Source of the DNA: Candidatus Caldarchaeum sp.
Lineage (GTDB): Archaea; Thermoproteota; Nitrososphaeria_A; Caldarchaeales; Caldarchaeaceae
Length of the DNA: 64,000 nt
Reading direction: 5' to 3'
NCBI GenBank assembly: GCA_038890155.1
Contig: JAWAFZ010000001.1
Span: 74,709 to 138,708 of the forward strand
The notes under the pieces were generated by a model, which was not told the DNA's origin, did not search any database, and worked only from the letters and a program-made list of their open reading frames with translations. The number at the start of each line of letters is the position of its first letter. Within the stretch, counting starts at the first letter, position 1. Shown in pieces: positions 27,385-35,710 of this stretch. The translations under genes were made by a program, and so were the position numbers.

Positions 27385-29258
27385 TCACCAACCCTCTTTA
27401 GCGATAGAATCCTCCCCGGGTATCGGGTTATAAGGTTGTGGATGTTCTTCTCGTGGCCTTTCTCGAAGGTTGACTTTTCAGGCCGACGCTGTATGTAGGC
27501 GGCCAGGTCAAAAATTCCCTCGTCAATCATGGCTGAGACTGCTTTCTCGAACTCTCCCACCTCGACCAAGCATTCGGCGTTGTAGCCGCTGCGTCTAAGC
27601 TGTCTGCAGAGATTCTCCAACTCCCTCTCCACATCTTCCTTAACATGCTCAACACCCACTTGGTCGCCCGTCAAGGTTTCAACTATGCTTACAAGCTTCA
27701 AGTCAAATCTCTTGTCGAAGGCGTGGACAACCGAGCTGAGGACGGTTTGGCTGTTCTCGTAAGGCCTGACGAGAACACCGACCTTCATCCGGTAGGCTAG
27801 AGGCTCAACCAAGCGTCCTTCACTCGTGCTGAACACACCCGCCCCTATCTTCCTTCGGTAGGCGAAGTAGAACGTCAGCCCTGCAGCCACCCAGACAAGA
27901 GCCAGAACCCTGCCTGTGGCGTGGAAAACAACCATCAGAACAAACACAACAGTCAACCCGACCATTCCAAACAAGCCTATCAGAGGGACGACAACCCTTC
28001 CACACCTTATACATAATGGCTGGCTCCAAGGAAAGTAGACGTGTTTGTCGACGTTCTTGAGCTTGATGAAGGTGGGCGCTATTGTCAAGTAGCTGAGGAC
28101 GGCTGCGAAGGCGTAGACGCTCGCCAGAAACGGGACGTCGCCGAGAACCGAAAGAACAACGCCGACGGCTCCGAAGATTACGATTGAGCGGACTGGTGTC
28201 CTGAACCTTGGATGTATCACCCTCAGCCACGACGGTAGGAGGTTGAACTTAGCCATGCTCGCAGTCAGCCTAGAAACACCTACGACCCCCGTGTTTGAGC
28301 TCGAGTAGCAGAGGACGAATGCCGCTACGCCCACCAAAGGAGTGAGGACGGGAGCTACGTACGGAAAACCGCTCACCAAGACGTAGACGGGGCTTTCGTA
28401 AGACTCGGCCAGCTCTGTCCATTCCATCGAGCCTACAGCCAGAACGGGGAAAAGAACAGCCGACGACACGACCACCAGCACAACAAGCTTAGTCGCCTTC
28501 GGTATGGAGAAGTGCGGCCTCCTAGTCTCCTCAGCCGCCTGAGCAATCGACTCTATCCCCACGAAAGAGGCCATGGCTAGAGTTATGGAGTACAGGAAGT
28601 TGTTCATCTCGACAGATAGAGCTGGGTAGTAGGCGACGTCTCGATGAAGCATCGGCGACCCTAAGACGAAAAGCTGGCGTAGCAGCAGCTGGGCGTCGAA
28701 TTTGAGGAGAAAACCAGTGGACAGTACGAGGGCTTCTATGAAGAGCCCTAGGAAAACAAGGGCTGTCACCATCAGCGACGAGTATTTTATGCCGATGATG
28801 TTCAGCACCACGAGCAGTGATGCGAGAAGCCCTGCCAACAACCCTAGGGAGGGGATTTGAAGACCCAGAAAATGGATCTCCGGGGTATGGAGAGCCGGGA
28901 TTAGTTGACGGAGGTAGCCCGCAGCCGCTACGGAGAAAAGGGAGATGCAGAGGACGTAGGCTAGTAGCATCGCCCAGCCGGACAGGAAGCCTACGAAGCT
29001 GTTGAAAGCCCGCATGGAGTAGACTTGCACTCCTCCGGCGTAGGGATAGGCCGGGGCTAGCTCGGCGTATATCAGCCCGACGGCTGAGTAGAGGAGGGCT
29101 GCGACGGCGAAGGATAGTGGAGAGGCTCCTCCGGCGAAGAGGGTGATGGCGCCGAGGGCTATGAAGATGTTGGGGCCGACGTCGCCGTAGCCGAGGGCGA
29201 AGGACCCGAGCCAGCCCACCTCCCTTTTGTACCCAAGCTCACGACGGCCACGGCTCAA
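27381..29258 (-). CDS. APC-family amino-acid transporter fused to a C-terminal universal stress protein (UspA) domain
   Basis: About 12 TM helices of the amino-acid permease type, followed by an about 150-aa cytoplasmic Usp-like alpha/beta domain; 625 aa. Confidence 0.8.
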   Translation of the reverse strand: MSRGRRELGYKREVGWLGSFALGYGDVGPNIFIALGAITLFAGGASPLSFAVAALLYSAVGLIYAELAPAYPYAGGVQVYSMRAFNSFVGFLSGWAMLLAYVLCISLFSVAAAGYLRQLIPALHTPEIHFLGLQIPSLGLLAGLLASLLVVLNIIGIKYSSLMVTALVFLGLFIEALVLSTGFLLKFDAQLLLRQLFVLGSPMLHRDVAYYPALSVEMNNFLYSITLAMASFVGIESIAQAAEETRRPHFSIPKATKLVVLVVVSSAVLFPVLAVGSMEWTELAESYESPVYVLVSGFPYVAPVLTPLVGVAAFVLCYSSSNTGVVGVSRLTASMAKFNLLPSWLRVIHPRFRTPVRSIVIFGAVGVVLSVLGDVPFLASVYAFAAVLSYLTIAPTFIKLKNVDKHVYFPWSQPLCIRCGRVVVPLIGLFGMVGLTVVFVLMVVFHATGRVLALVWVAAGLTFYFAYRRKIGAGVFSTSEGRLVEPLAYRMKVGVLVRPYENSQTVLSSVVHAFDKRFDLKLVSIVETLTGDQVGVEHVKEDVERELENLCRQLRRSGYNAECLVEVGEFEKAVSAMIDEGIFDLAAYIQRRPEKSTFEKGHEKNIHNLITRYPGRILSLKRVGE

Positions 29259-29280
29259 GCAAGCAACACTTTCAAGCCGC

Positions 29281-29826
29281 TCAACCGTGCAGCCTCAATA
29301 TAAAACAGTACAACCTTTCGAAGAAAAGACTATATTCCACCCTCTTCACGAGCCTGAACCCCAACCCCTCAGCATAGTTCAACAGCTTGTCGACGCCCGA
29401 CAGGTTCGACGCCAACAGAACAGCTGTACCACCAGCCTTCAGACAAACCCTAGCGGCCTTCAAGACCTCTGCGGCCGTCTCCCAGCCCTCCGGGCCTCCG
29501 TGGACAGCTGGGTCGTGGAACTCCGGCTCCTCGGGCAGGTAGGGAGGATTGGCTACGACAACGTCGAAAGCGTTGGGGCGAAAGGGGAGGATGCTCGCGT
29601 TGACAAAGTGCACGCATCCCTGTAGGTTCTTAAGCCTTTCAACAGCCTGCTTCAGGGCCGCTGAGTCGATGTCGGTGCCGACGGCTTCGAACCCTTCCTC
29701 AGCCAGCACCCTGAGGATGTAGCCCGTGGAGCAGCCGACCTCCGCCGCCAGCCCTCCCCCACCCAAACCTCTTACAACGTCCTCCAGCAGAAAGCTGTCC
29801 TCAGCCGGCTCGTAGGGCTCGTTCAT
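29281..29826 (-). CDS. Class I SAM-dependent methyltransferase, Mtq2/PrmC-like (release-factor glutamine N5-MTase family)
   Basis: SAM-binding VGTDID and the NPPY motif (VVANPPY). Probable ATG at 29826, forming an ATGA overlap with the aspS stop. Confidence 0.7.
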   Translation of the reverse strand: MNEPYEPAEDSFLLEDVVRGLGGGGLAAEVGCSTGYILRVLAEEGFEAVGTDIDSAALKQAVERLKNLQGCVHFVNASILPFRPNAFDVVVANPPYLPEEPEFHDPAVHGGPEGWETAAEVLKAARVCLKAGGTAVLLASNLSGVDKLLNYAEGLGFRLVKRVEYSLFFERLYCFILRLHG

Positions 29827-31112
29827 GGATAGACTCTCGTGGGCGTCCGGGGAAACATCGCGGCAGACCTGATGTTCTTGAGCCCCAGAAGCCACTGGAC
29901 AAGCCTCTCCAAGCCAAGGCCAAACCCGCTGTGCGGCACGCTCCCATACTTCCTCAAATCTAGGTACCAGGAGTAGTCGGACGCGTCAAGCCCCTCCTCC
30001 TCAATCCTCGACAGCAGCTCGTCGTAGTCGTGGATACGCTGACCGCCGCCCACGACCTCGCCGTAGCCTGATGGGGCGAGGAGGTCGGCTGAAAGGGTGA
30101 GCTCCTTGTTAGACGGGTCGGGCTTGTGGTAGAAAGCCTTCGCCTTCTTGGGAAAGTGGGTGAGGAAGAATGGTTTGTCGAACTCCATCGTAAGAACCCT
30201 CTCCTCGTCAGCCCCCAAGTCTGACCCCCAGATCACCGAAACACCCTTCCTCTCCAAAAGGTCGAGAGCCTCCGAATACTTGACCCTTTCGAAAGGAGGC
30301 TCCAGCATCGAGTAGTCGACCTTCCTGTCGAGAAGCCTGAGCTCGTTGACAGAGTCCTGGAGAGCAGCTGTGGATGCTTCCGAGACAAGCCGCTCAACAA
30401 CCCAGGTGAGGTCTTCAATCCCCGAAAAAGCCATCTCCCCCTCGACGTGCCAGAACTCCGTCAAGTGCCGGCGGGTCTTGCTCCTCTCAGCCCTGAAGCT
30501 GGGCTGGACGCTGTAGACCTTCTCCAGCGAGTATATAGCCGCCTCCTGGTAGAACTGGACGCTCTGAGTGAGGTAGACGGGCTTGCCGAAGTAGTCGACT
30601 TGGAAAAGCGTCGCCCCGCCCTCGACGGCGGCCGTTATGAAGGTCGGGCAGTGGACTTCGACGAAGCCCTCTCTCTCGAACCAGCTTCTCAAGTGGTGTA
30701 TGAGCTTGGACCGGAAACGTAGGACGGCGGCTGTCTTCGGCCCTCTTATTGCAAGATGCCTGTTCTGGCTCACGACCCTGGGGCCTACTCCTTTCTTTAG
30801 GGGATACTCTCCGAGAGACTGCGAAATGACCTCGACGCTTGTGCAGCTTACTTCGACCCCGCCCGGAGCCCTCGGGTCGTGCCTAACGATTCCAGAAACC
30901 TTTAACGCCGACTCCCTGCCAGCCGCCGCAACCCTGCTGAAGGTCTCTTCGGAGACGTTGGGTGTTCTTACCGTGGCCTGAACCAACCCCGTCGAGTCTC
31001 GGAGGTCTATGAAAATCAGCCTTCCGTGCAGCCTTTTAGACCTAAGCCATCCAAGAAGCTCGACAGACGTCCCGTCGGCCAGCTTGCCAACCTCAGCCGA
31101 TTGAACCCTCAT
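29823..31112 (-). CDS. aspS: Aspartyl-tRNA synthetase (archaeal type)
   Basis: N-terminal OB anticodon-binding domain; class II motifs (FRAE.....HLTEFWHVEGE; GGGQRIHD; GSVPHSGFGLGLER); 429 aa. Confidence 0.9.
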   Translation of the reverse strand: MRVQSAEVGKLADGTSVELLGWLRSKRLHGRLIFIDLRDSTGLVQATVRTPNVSEETFSRVAAAGRESALKVSGIVRHDPRAPGGVEVSCTSVEVISQSLGEYPLKKGVGPRVVSQNRHLAIRGPKTAAVLRFRSKLIHHLRSWFEREGFVEVHCPTFITAAVEGGATLFQVDYFGKPVYLTQSVQFYQEAAIYSLEKVYSVQPSFRAERSKTRRHLTEFWHVEGEMAFSGIEDLTWVVERLVSEASTAALQDSVNELRLLDRKVDYSMLEPPFERVKYSEALDLLERKGVSVIWGSDLGADEERVLTMEFDKPFFLTHFPKKAKAFYHKPDPSNKELTLSADLLAPSGYGEVVGGGQRIHDYDELLSRIEEEGLDASDYSWYLDLRKYGSVPHSGFGLGLERLVQWLLGLKNIRSAAMFPRTPTRVYP

Positions 31113-31146
31113 CCAGCCTAATAGCCGAACTCCGGCATATATAGAG

Positions 31147-31482
31147 CTACATCACGGCGGTTCCTTCTTTGACTTCCCTCTCAGGGACCAGGGGAACTAC
31201 TTTGTCTTCGTCCTCGACTGCTGTCAGGAGCATGGCTTCCGACACCTCCCCCCTTATCTTCCTAGACTCCAGGTTTGTTGCGAAGGCGAACAACCTGCCC
31301 TCAAAGTGCTGGGGCGGGTAGAGCTGAGCCAGGCCTGTGATAACCCGTTTACGTGTGTCGCCGAAGTCGACCTCAAGCCTGAGGAGCTTGTCGGAGTTGG
31401 GAACCCTATCAGCCTTGACAACTCTCCCGACCCTCATCTCAATTCTCTTGAACTCGGCCATCGATACCATGGCCGAAAACAC
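31147..31482 (-). CDS. tRNA-binding domain protein (Trbp111/CsaA/EMAP-II OB-fold)
   Basis: MAEFKRIEMRVGRVVKA...KL..L.VDFG tRNA-binding OB-fold signature. Likely ATG start at 31470 or 31461 (the track start is GTG). Confidence 0.75.
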   Translation of the reverse strand: MFSAMVSMAEFKRIEMRVGRVVKADRVPNSDKLLRLEVDFGDTRKRVITGLAQLYPPQHFEGRLFAFATNLESRKIRGEVSEAMLLTAVEDEDKVVPLVPEREVKEGTAVM

Positions 31483-31538
31483 GCAGTTTCCTCTAAAAAA
31501 AGTTATGCACGTGCTTTTTCTGCAATTTTTTCAGAAAG

Positions 31539-31546
31539 TTTTTTAT
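31539..31546 (+). promoter_or_regulatory. TATA box upstream of the basic mini-ORF
   Basis: TTTTTTAT about 31-38 nt upstream of the ATG at 31577, consistent with a short-leader archaeal promoter. Confidence 0.4.
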
Positions 31547-31576
31547 CCCTCGAAACCTACATTATTGTGAAGAAAT

Positions 31577-31690
31577 ATGGCGAGGAAGGCAAAGAAAGCA
31601 GCGAAGAAGAAGACCGCCAAGAAGGCCAAGAGGGCTAAGAAACCAGCCGCTCCCAGCCCTGCTGAAGCACCGTCGGCTTCACCGGGATAA
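31577..31690 (+). CDS. Candidate 37-aa Lys/Ala-rich basic peptide (unannotated small ORF)
   Basis: ATG ORF encoding MARKAKKAAKKKTAKKAKRAKKPAAPSPAEAPSASPG. Own TATA element; intergenic between two minus-strand genes. Confidence 0.35.
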   Translation: MARKAKKAAKKKTAKKAKRAKKPAAPSPAEAPSASPG

Positions 31691-31715
31691 GCCTCTAAGC
31701 CAATCCTCTTTCTTT

Positions 31716-32285
31716 TTATTCCTCCTCAACCCACTCCCAAAACCTTCTCCTAGGCTGCGGGGGAGCTGGCCTGGGTGTCATCAGCTCCTTGACTCCAGCC
31801 GTCACCAGGGAGGAGGCTGCGGGCGTTAGGAAGATTAGGACGAAGTCGAGAGGGCCTTCGAGGAGGATGGTGGACGAGACCCATGACAGGTAGTGCACCC
31901 AGTTCACCGCCCCGGGCAGGCGTGGCAGGACGTACATCGACAACCCTATGAGGGCTAGGTAGACTAGCGACGATGTTATTAAGGCTGGCGGGATGGATGT
32001 TTTGGCCCTCCTTGAAAGTAGGCCCATCACCACGCCTGCGGCAGCCCACGACAGGAGCGGGGCTGGACCAAGCTTCACCGCGTTCCCGCTGGGAGCTAGG
32101 GTCGACTCCAAGCCGAGGGCTGAGGAAAGGGGTGTTAGGAGGGTTGAAACGCTTGACAGCACGACTGCCAGCACCGACACCTGGAAGCTTGACGGCGGGA
32201 TTGTCTGACCGGCTAGGCTTGATAAGACGAGGCCGGCCAGCACCAGCGTAGACAAGCCTGCTGCAGAGGCTGTTAGGGTGTTCAC
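31716..32285 (-). CDS. Integral membrane protein of unknown function
   Basis: About 5-6 predicted TM helices, Ala/Leu/Ser-rich, Pro/Arg-rich C-terminus; no recognisable motifs. Confidence 0.5.
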   Translation of the reverse strand: MNTLTASAAGLSTLVLAGLVLSSLAGQTIPPSSFQVSVLAVVLSSVSTLLTPLSSALGLESTLAPSGNAVKLGPAPLLSWAAAGVVMGLLSRRAKTSIPPALITSSLVYLALIGLSMYVLPRLPGAVNWVHYLSWVSSTILLEGPLDFVLIFLTPAASSLVTAGVKELMTPRPAPPQPRRRFWEWVEEE

Positions 32286-32378
32286 AGCCGTCGTCCTTCG
32301 ACGTCTTCTTAAAAGGTTTCCACGCTATTCAGGAGCTATAGTTCCGCGGATAATACCCGTGTGTTGCGTGGTTTATAT

Positions 32379-32831
32379 TTATTCGACCCTTACCTTCACA
32401 CCCTTGGGCGTTGCGATGGATGCTTTGACGAGAAGCACTCCCGCCTCGTAGCGGGCCTCTACCTTCGAGGGTTCGACAGGTCTCGGAAGCCTTACGACTC
32501 GGCGGAAACCCCTACCGTGCGTGAAGGGGTAGAGTCTCGAGAAGGCTGGAGGAGGAGTCATGTATTCGCCGACGATGGTGATAGTCGAGTCGTCGACGCT
32601 GATGTCTATCTTCTGTTTATCGCAGCCTGGCATCTCGACGGCGACGTACAGTTCTTGTCCTGAGACGGTGTAGTCGATTTTCGGGGTCCTGTAGTCCCCG
32701 ACCGGTGTTTCGAGAAAGGTTGTAGAAGATTCGAAAGCCTCCCTCATCCTGTCCTCGATATCCTTGGCCAGCCGGCGGAAGAATTCATCCCACTTGGAGT
32801 CGCTCACGGATGTAGATATGTTAAGCAACAT
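32379..32831 (-). CDS. Small heat-shock protein Hsp20/alpha-crystallin family
   Basis: Alpha-crystallin domain (ELYVAVEMPG..., GVLLVKA) and 150 aa length. Confidence 0.85.
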   Translation of the reverse strand: MLLNISTSVSDSKWDEFFRRLAKDIEDRMREAFESSTTFLETPVGDYRTPKIDYTVSGQELYVAVEMPGCDKQKIDISVDDSTITIVGEYMTPPPAFSRLYPFTHGRGFRRVVRLPRPVEPSKVEARYEAGVLLVKASIATPKGVKVRVE

Positions 32832-32845
32832 ATAAAAATAAAACC
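32832..32845. promoter_or_regulatory. Shared AT-rich TATA element in a 26-bp divergent intergenic region (hsp20 <-> AN1-S2P)
   Basis: TATAAAAATAAAA lies between start codons that are only 26 nt apart. Confidence 0.45.
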
Positions 32846-32857
32846 CGCCTAACCAAG

Positions 32858-33613
32858 GTGTTGACTCGTTGCTACGTATGCGGGGTGGAGGAGCTTCTAC
32901 CGTTTCGCTGCAGCTACTGCTCGGGATTGTTCTGCCCAGAGCACCGCCTTCCGGAGAAGCATGGATGCGGGGGAGGACGGCTGGCGAGAAACCCTGCGGA
33001 GCTTACCTCAAGGAGTTATGAGGCTCCTCGGATGGTAAGTGGTAAAGGCTATCGAGCCCCACTCTCCAACGAGCTGTTCAGCATGGTTGTGGCCTGTTTA
33101 ACGGTCTGCTTGTCGGGCCTCAGCCTCCTCGGATGGCCGCCGCTTCAGTCTCCTCCGATGCTATTCTTGATATCCGGCTTCGCAGCCTCCTTCATAGGAC
33201 ATGAGCTGGCCCACAAAATCACAGCCGTCCGGAGAGGGCTTTCGGCTTCTTTCAGGCTCTTTATACCCGGCTTGTTCGCCACGCTGCTCACGGCCGTCCT
33301 GCCCGTTCCATTCAAGGTGATAATGCCTGGAGCCGTAGTCGTAGCCGGTCGCCAGACCTTCCGAGACTTGGGCTTGATCGCTTTGGCAGGCCCAGCTTTC
33401 AACATGGCCTCAGCGGCGTTGTTCATAGTTCTATCCCGGATTTTGGGGTCGTGGCTGCTAGACGCCTTGGCCGCCGTCAACAGCTTCATGGCTTTCTTCA
33501 ACCTGCTTCCGATCTTCCCGCTGGACGGTGAGAAGGTGTTGAGATGGAGCAGAGTACTATGGGCCGTGTCTTTCGCCCTGTCCACGGCGTTGTTTCTGTT
33601 GATGAGGCTGTAA
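32858..33613 (+). CDS. AN1-type zinc finger fused to a site-2 protease (M50 family) intramembrane metalloprotease
   Basis: N-terminus C-X2-C-X9-C-X2-C-X4-C-X2-H-X5-H-X-C matches the AN1 finger exactly. HELAHKITAV (HExxH) and NLLPIFPLDGE (LDG) in TM helices. GTG/TTG start. Confidence 0.8.
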   Translation: MLTRCYVCGVEELLPFRCSYCSGLFCPEHRLPEKHGCGGGRLARNPAELTSRSYEAPRMVSGKGYRAPLSNELFSMVVACLTVCLSGLSLLGWPPLQSPPMLFLISGFAASFIGHELAHKITAVRRGLSASFRLFIPGLFATLLTAVLPVPFKVIMPGAVVVAGRQTFRDLGLIALAGPAFNMASAALFIVLSRILGSWLLDALAAVNSFMAFFNLLPIFPLDGEKVLRWSRVLWAVSFALSTALFLLMRL

Positions 33614-33660
33614 TCGCCATGCTGCCCGGAAACTTATATCATACCTATGGTTTTTCCAAC

Positions 33661-33993
33661 ATGACTGTGATGAAGGCAAAACAAGCTCCTAAAACTCGTT
33701 CCGAGAGGACGAGGATTTATAAGTATAGGGTCACGGTGCTGGAGGAGCCTCCCGAGACTCTTGACGGGTTCAAGATCTTCGGGCTTGAGGTGAAGCTGGG
33801 GAAAGGGAGGCACGTCGACTTTGCTCCCAACCTTCGGGTGCTTGATGTGGAGGCCACTCAAGAGCCTCTGCCCATGGACGTGGAGGTCAACGCAAAGTAC
33901 CACAAGGTTGAGAACAAAACGGTAATAGTAAAGAGGCGTTCGCTTCTCTTCTCTATCGTGAAAGTTGAGAACACTACTTCCCAGCTTCTTTGA
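33661..33993 (+). CDS. Hypothetical protein (about 110 aa)
   Basis: ATG-initiated portion of ORF 33544..33993; coding-like codon usage, unlike the overlapping antisense ORF. Convergent with aIF2-alpha, 20-nt overlap. No recognisable family. Confidence 0.35.
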   Translation: MTVMKAKQAPKTRSERTRIYKYRVTVLEEPPETLDGFKIFGLEVKLGKGRHVDFAPNLRVLDVEATQEPLPMDVEVNAKYHKVENKTVIVKRRSLLFSIVKVENTTSQLL

Positions 33994-34801
33994 GCTGTGC
34001 ACAACCTCCGTACCCAGCCATGATGGCCGAGCATGCTTGGAAAGCCTTGGCCATCAGATCCGAGGCCCTCTCTCTAGAAGGAGCTTTGACCAGCATCGAG
34101 TAAACCGGAGCGCCTTTCGTAGTTATCTCAACAACCTCTGAGGGCCCGGCTGTTTTTTCAGCCTCGGCAGCAGCAGCCCTTATCGCCTCAACCCCTTTAG
34201 GGCCATCGCATCGGAGTACGAGGTCAACCCTCATCTCGACTTCATGAACCTTGATCTCCTGCTCGACGGCTCTCCTCAGGTGTTCGAGCTCCGTCTCGGA
34301 AATCGCTGGGAAAAGTTTTTGAACCGGCTCTCCCGCGGCGAATTTTTCAAGAATGTCGTACAGGGTTGTCAGGTTGGGGTAAGCCATTAAAAGCTGCTCG
34401 GCTACGGCCTTGTACCCTGCAGCCTCCAAAAGTTTTAGAACCTTCAAAACCTTTGTCTTCTTCTTGACTTCAAGAAGTTTGTCAAACCTCTCTTTCTGAG
34501 AGACACGTCTCAAAGACAGGTCTATCTGAAGGGTGTCTGGGTTGACTCGGATGACTTTGAAGACTGTTTTCTGCCCTTCCTTCAGATGTTCCCTGATGTT
34601 GCGAACCCACTTCAGCGACACCTCGGAGACGTGGATGAAGCCCTCGTAGCCCTTGTAGTCCTCCACTTCAACATAGGCGCCGTAGTCTTTCACGCTGAGG
34701 ATGCGCCCCAGAACCAGCTCTCCTACTTCCGGAGTCTTACTCAAGAACTTTCTCCTTCTTCCCGTATATTCTTGCTTTTCCGCCGACCGGCTCAGCCACA
34801 A
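33974..34801 (-). CDS. eif2a: Translation initiation factor 2 alpha subunit (aIF2-alpha)
   Basis: N-terminal S1 domain (GELVLGRILSVKDYGAYVEV..GFIHVSEVS), helical and alpha/beta C-terminal domains; 275 aa. Confidence 0.9.
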   Translation of the reverse strand: MWLSRSAEKQEYTGRRRKFLSKTPEVGELVLGRILSVKDYGAYVEVEDYKGYEGFIHVSEVSLKWVRNIREHLKEGQKTVFKVIRVNPDTLQIDLSLRRVSQKERFDKLLEVKKKTKVLKVLKLLEAAGYKAVAEQLLMAYPNLTTLYDILEKFAAGEPVQKLFPAISETELEHLRRAVEQEIKVHEVEMRVDLVLRCDGPKGVEAIRAAAAEAEKTAGPSEVVEITTKGAPVYSMLVKAPSRERASDLMAKAFQACSAIMAGYGGCAQLKEAGK

Positions 34802-34937
34802 CGGCTCCGCAGACCCCGCATCTCACGGTTGTTTTGGCCGAGTCGAAGACCGTGAGCCTGTTGCCGCATTCGTTGCATACCACTACTAGGAACTTTGAGG
34901 TGGGCGCGGGTATGAAATTCTCAACCGGCTCCGACAA
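34737..34937 (-). CDS. rps27e: Ribosomal protein S27e
   Basis: C4 zinc ribbon CNECG...CGVCG, 66 aa, conserved L44e-S27e-aIF2alpha order. Confidence 0.85.
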   Translation of the reverse strand: MSEPVENFIPAPTSKFLVVVCNECGNRLTVFDSAKTTVRCGVCGAVVAEPVGGKARIYGKKEKVLE

Positions 34938-34939
34938 AG

Positions 34940-35218
34940 CTACCTCACCAGCTCAAGCTTCTTAAGCCTTATGCCCTGCCTCATCACAGACCGGCCGCAG
35001 TTGACACACTTCAGGACCAGCGTCTTCTTTTCCGTCGTCTTAGACTTCTTCTTCTGGATAGGGTACTTCTGGCCTCCGTAGCCCTTCAGCTCACGTGAGT
35101 GTCTTCTCGCGCCTAGGGCCAACGAACGCTCCTTCCCCTTCTTGTACAGGGAGACGCTGTGGTTGGTGTGGCTGTTGCATTTGGGGCAGTAGGTCTGTAT
35201 TGTCGACGGAACCTTCAT
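34940..35218 (-). CDS. rpl44e: Ribosomal protein L44e
   Basis: CPKC...CVNCG zinc ribbon with the Lys-rich L44e core; 92 aa. Confidence 0.9.
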   Translation of the reverse strand: MKVPSTIQTYCPKCNSHTNHSVSLYKKGKERSLALGARRHSRELKGYGGQKYPIQKKKSKTTEKKTLVLKCVNCGRSVMRQGIRLKKLELVR

Positions 35219-35293
35219 TCCACGGCTGAGAAGGTACAGCAGGATTTAAACCGTTTGAAAGCCCTTTTTAACGGCTTTTGACGGTGGAAATGC

Positions 35294-35710
35294 ATGGGCC
35301 TAGTTGTTGGCGACGTGATGACGGCAAACGTTCTCACAGCATCCCCCGACGACACCGTTTACAGGGTTGCTTCTCTGATGTCTTCGAGGGGAGTCGGGTC
35401 TTGCGTGGTCGTGAGGGACGATAAGCCTGTCGGCATCGTCACCGAGAGGGACATCGTGAGGAGGCTCGTTGCCGCCGGCCTGTCGCCTAAGCGTGTTAAG
35501 GTGGGCGAGATTATGTCGAGCCCCGTCATCGTAGTCGGTGAGAAGACAAACTTGGATGAAGCGGCTGCGGTGATGGCTAGGAACAGGATACGCCGGCTTG
35601 TCGTGGTGAGGGGGGAGGAAGTGGTCGGCATAGTGAGCGTGACCGACTTGATAAGGTCTGCAGAAGCTGGTCAAGCAGGCGTCTTCTTTAGAGCAATCCT
35701 TAGAGGTTAG
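35294..35710 (+). CDS. CBS-domain pair protein
   Basis: Two CBS motifs (VMT..V.T...DDTV...; IRRLVVV..EEVVGIVS.TDL); 138 aa. Confidence 0.8.
   Translation: MGLVVGDVMTANVLTASPDDTVYRVASLMSSRGVGSCVVVRDDKPVGIVTERDIVRRLVAAGLSPKRVKVGEIMSSPVIVVGEKTNLDEAAAVMARNRIRRLVVVRGEEVVGIVSVTDLIRSAEAGQAGVFFRAILRG

Noticed and set aside
33634-34002. 122-aa minus-strand ORF downstream of aIF2alpha (candidate for the missing nop10 slot)
   Set aside because: No Nop10 zinc-ribbon motif and poor codon and amino-acid composition (His/Leu/Pro-rich). It is antisense to a better-looking plus-strand ORF and overlaps the aIF2alpha stop.
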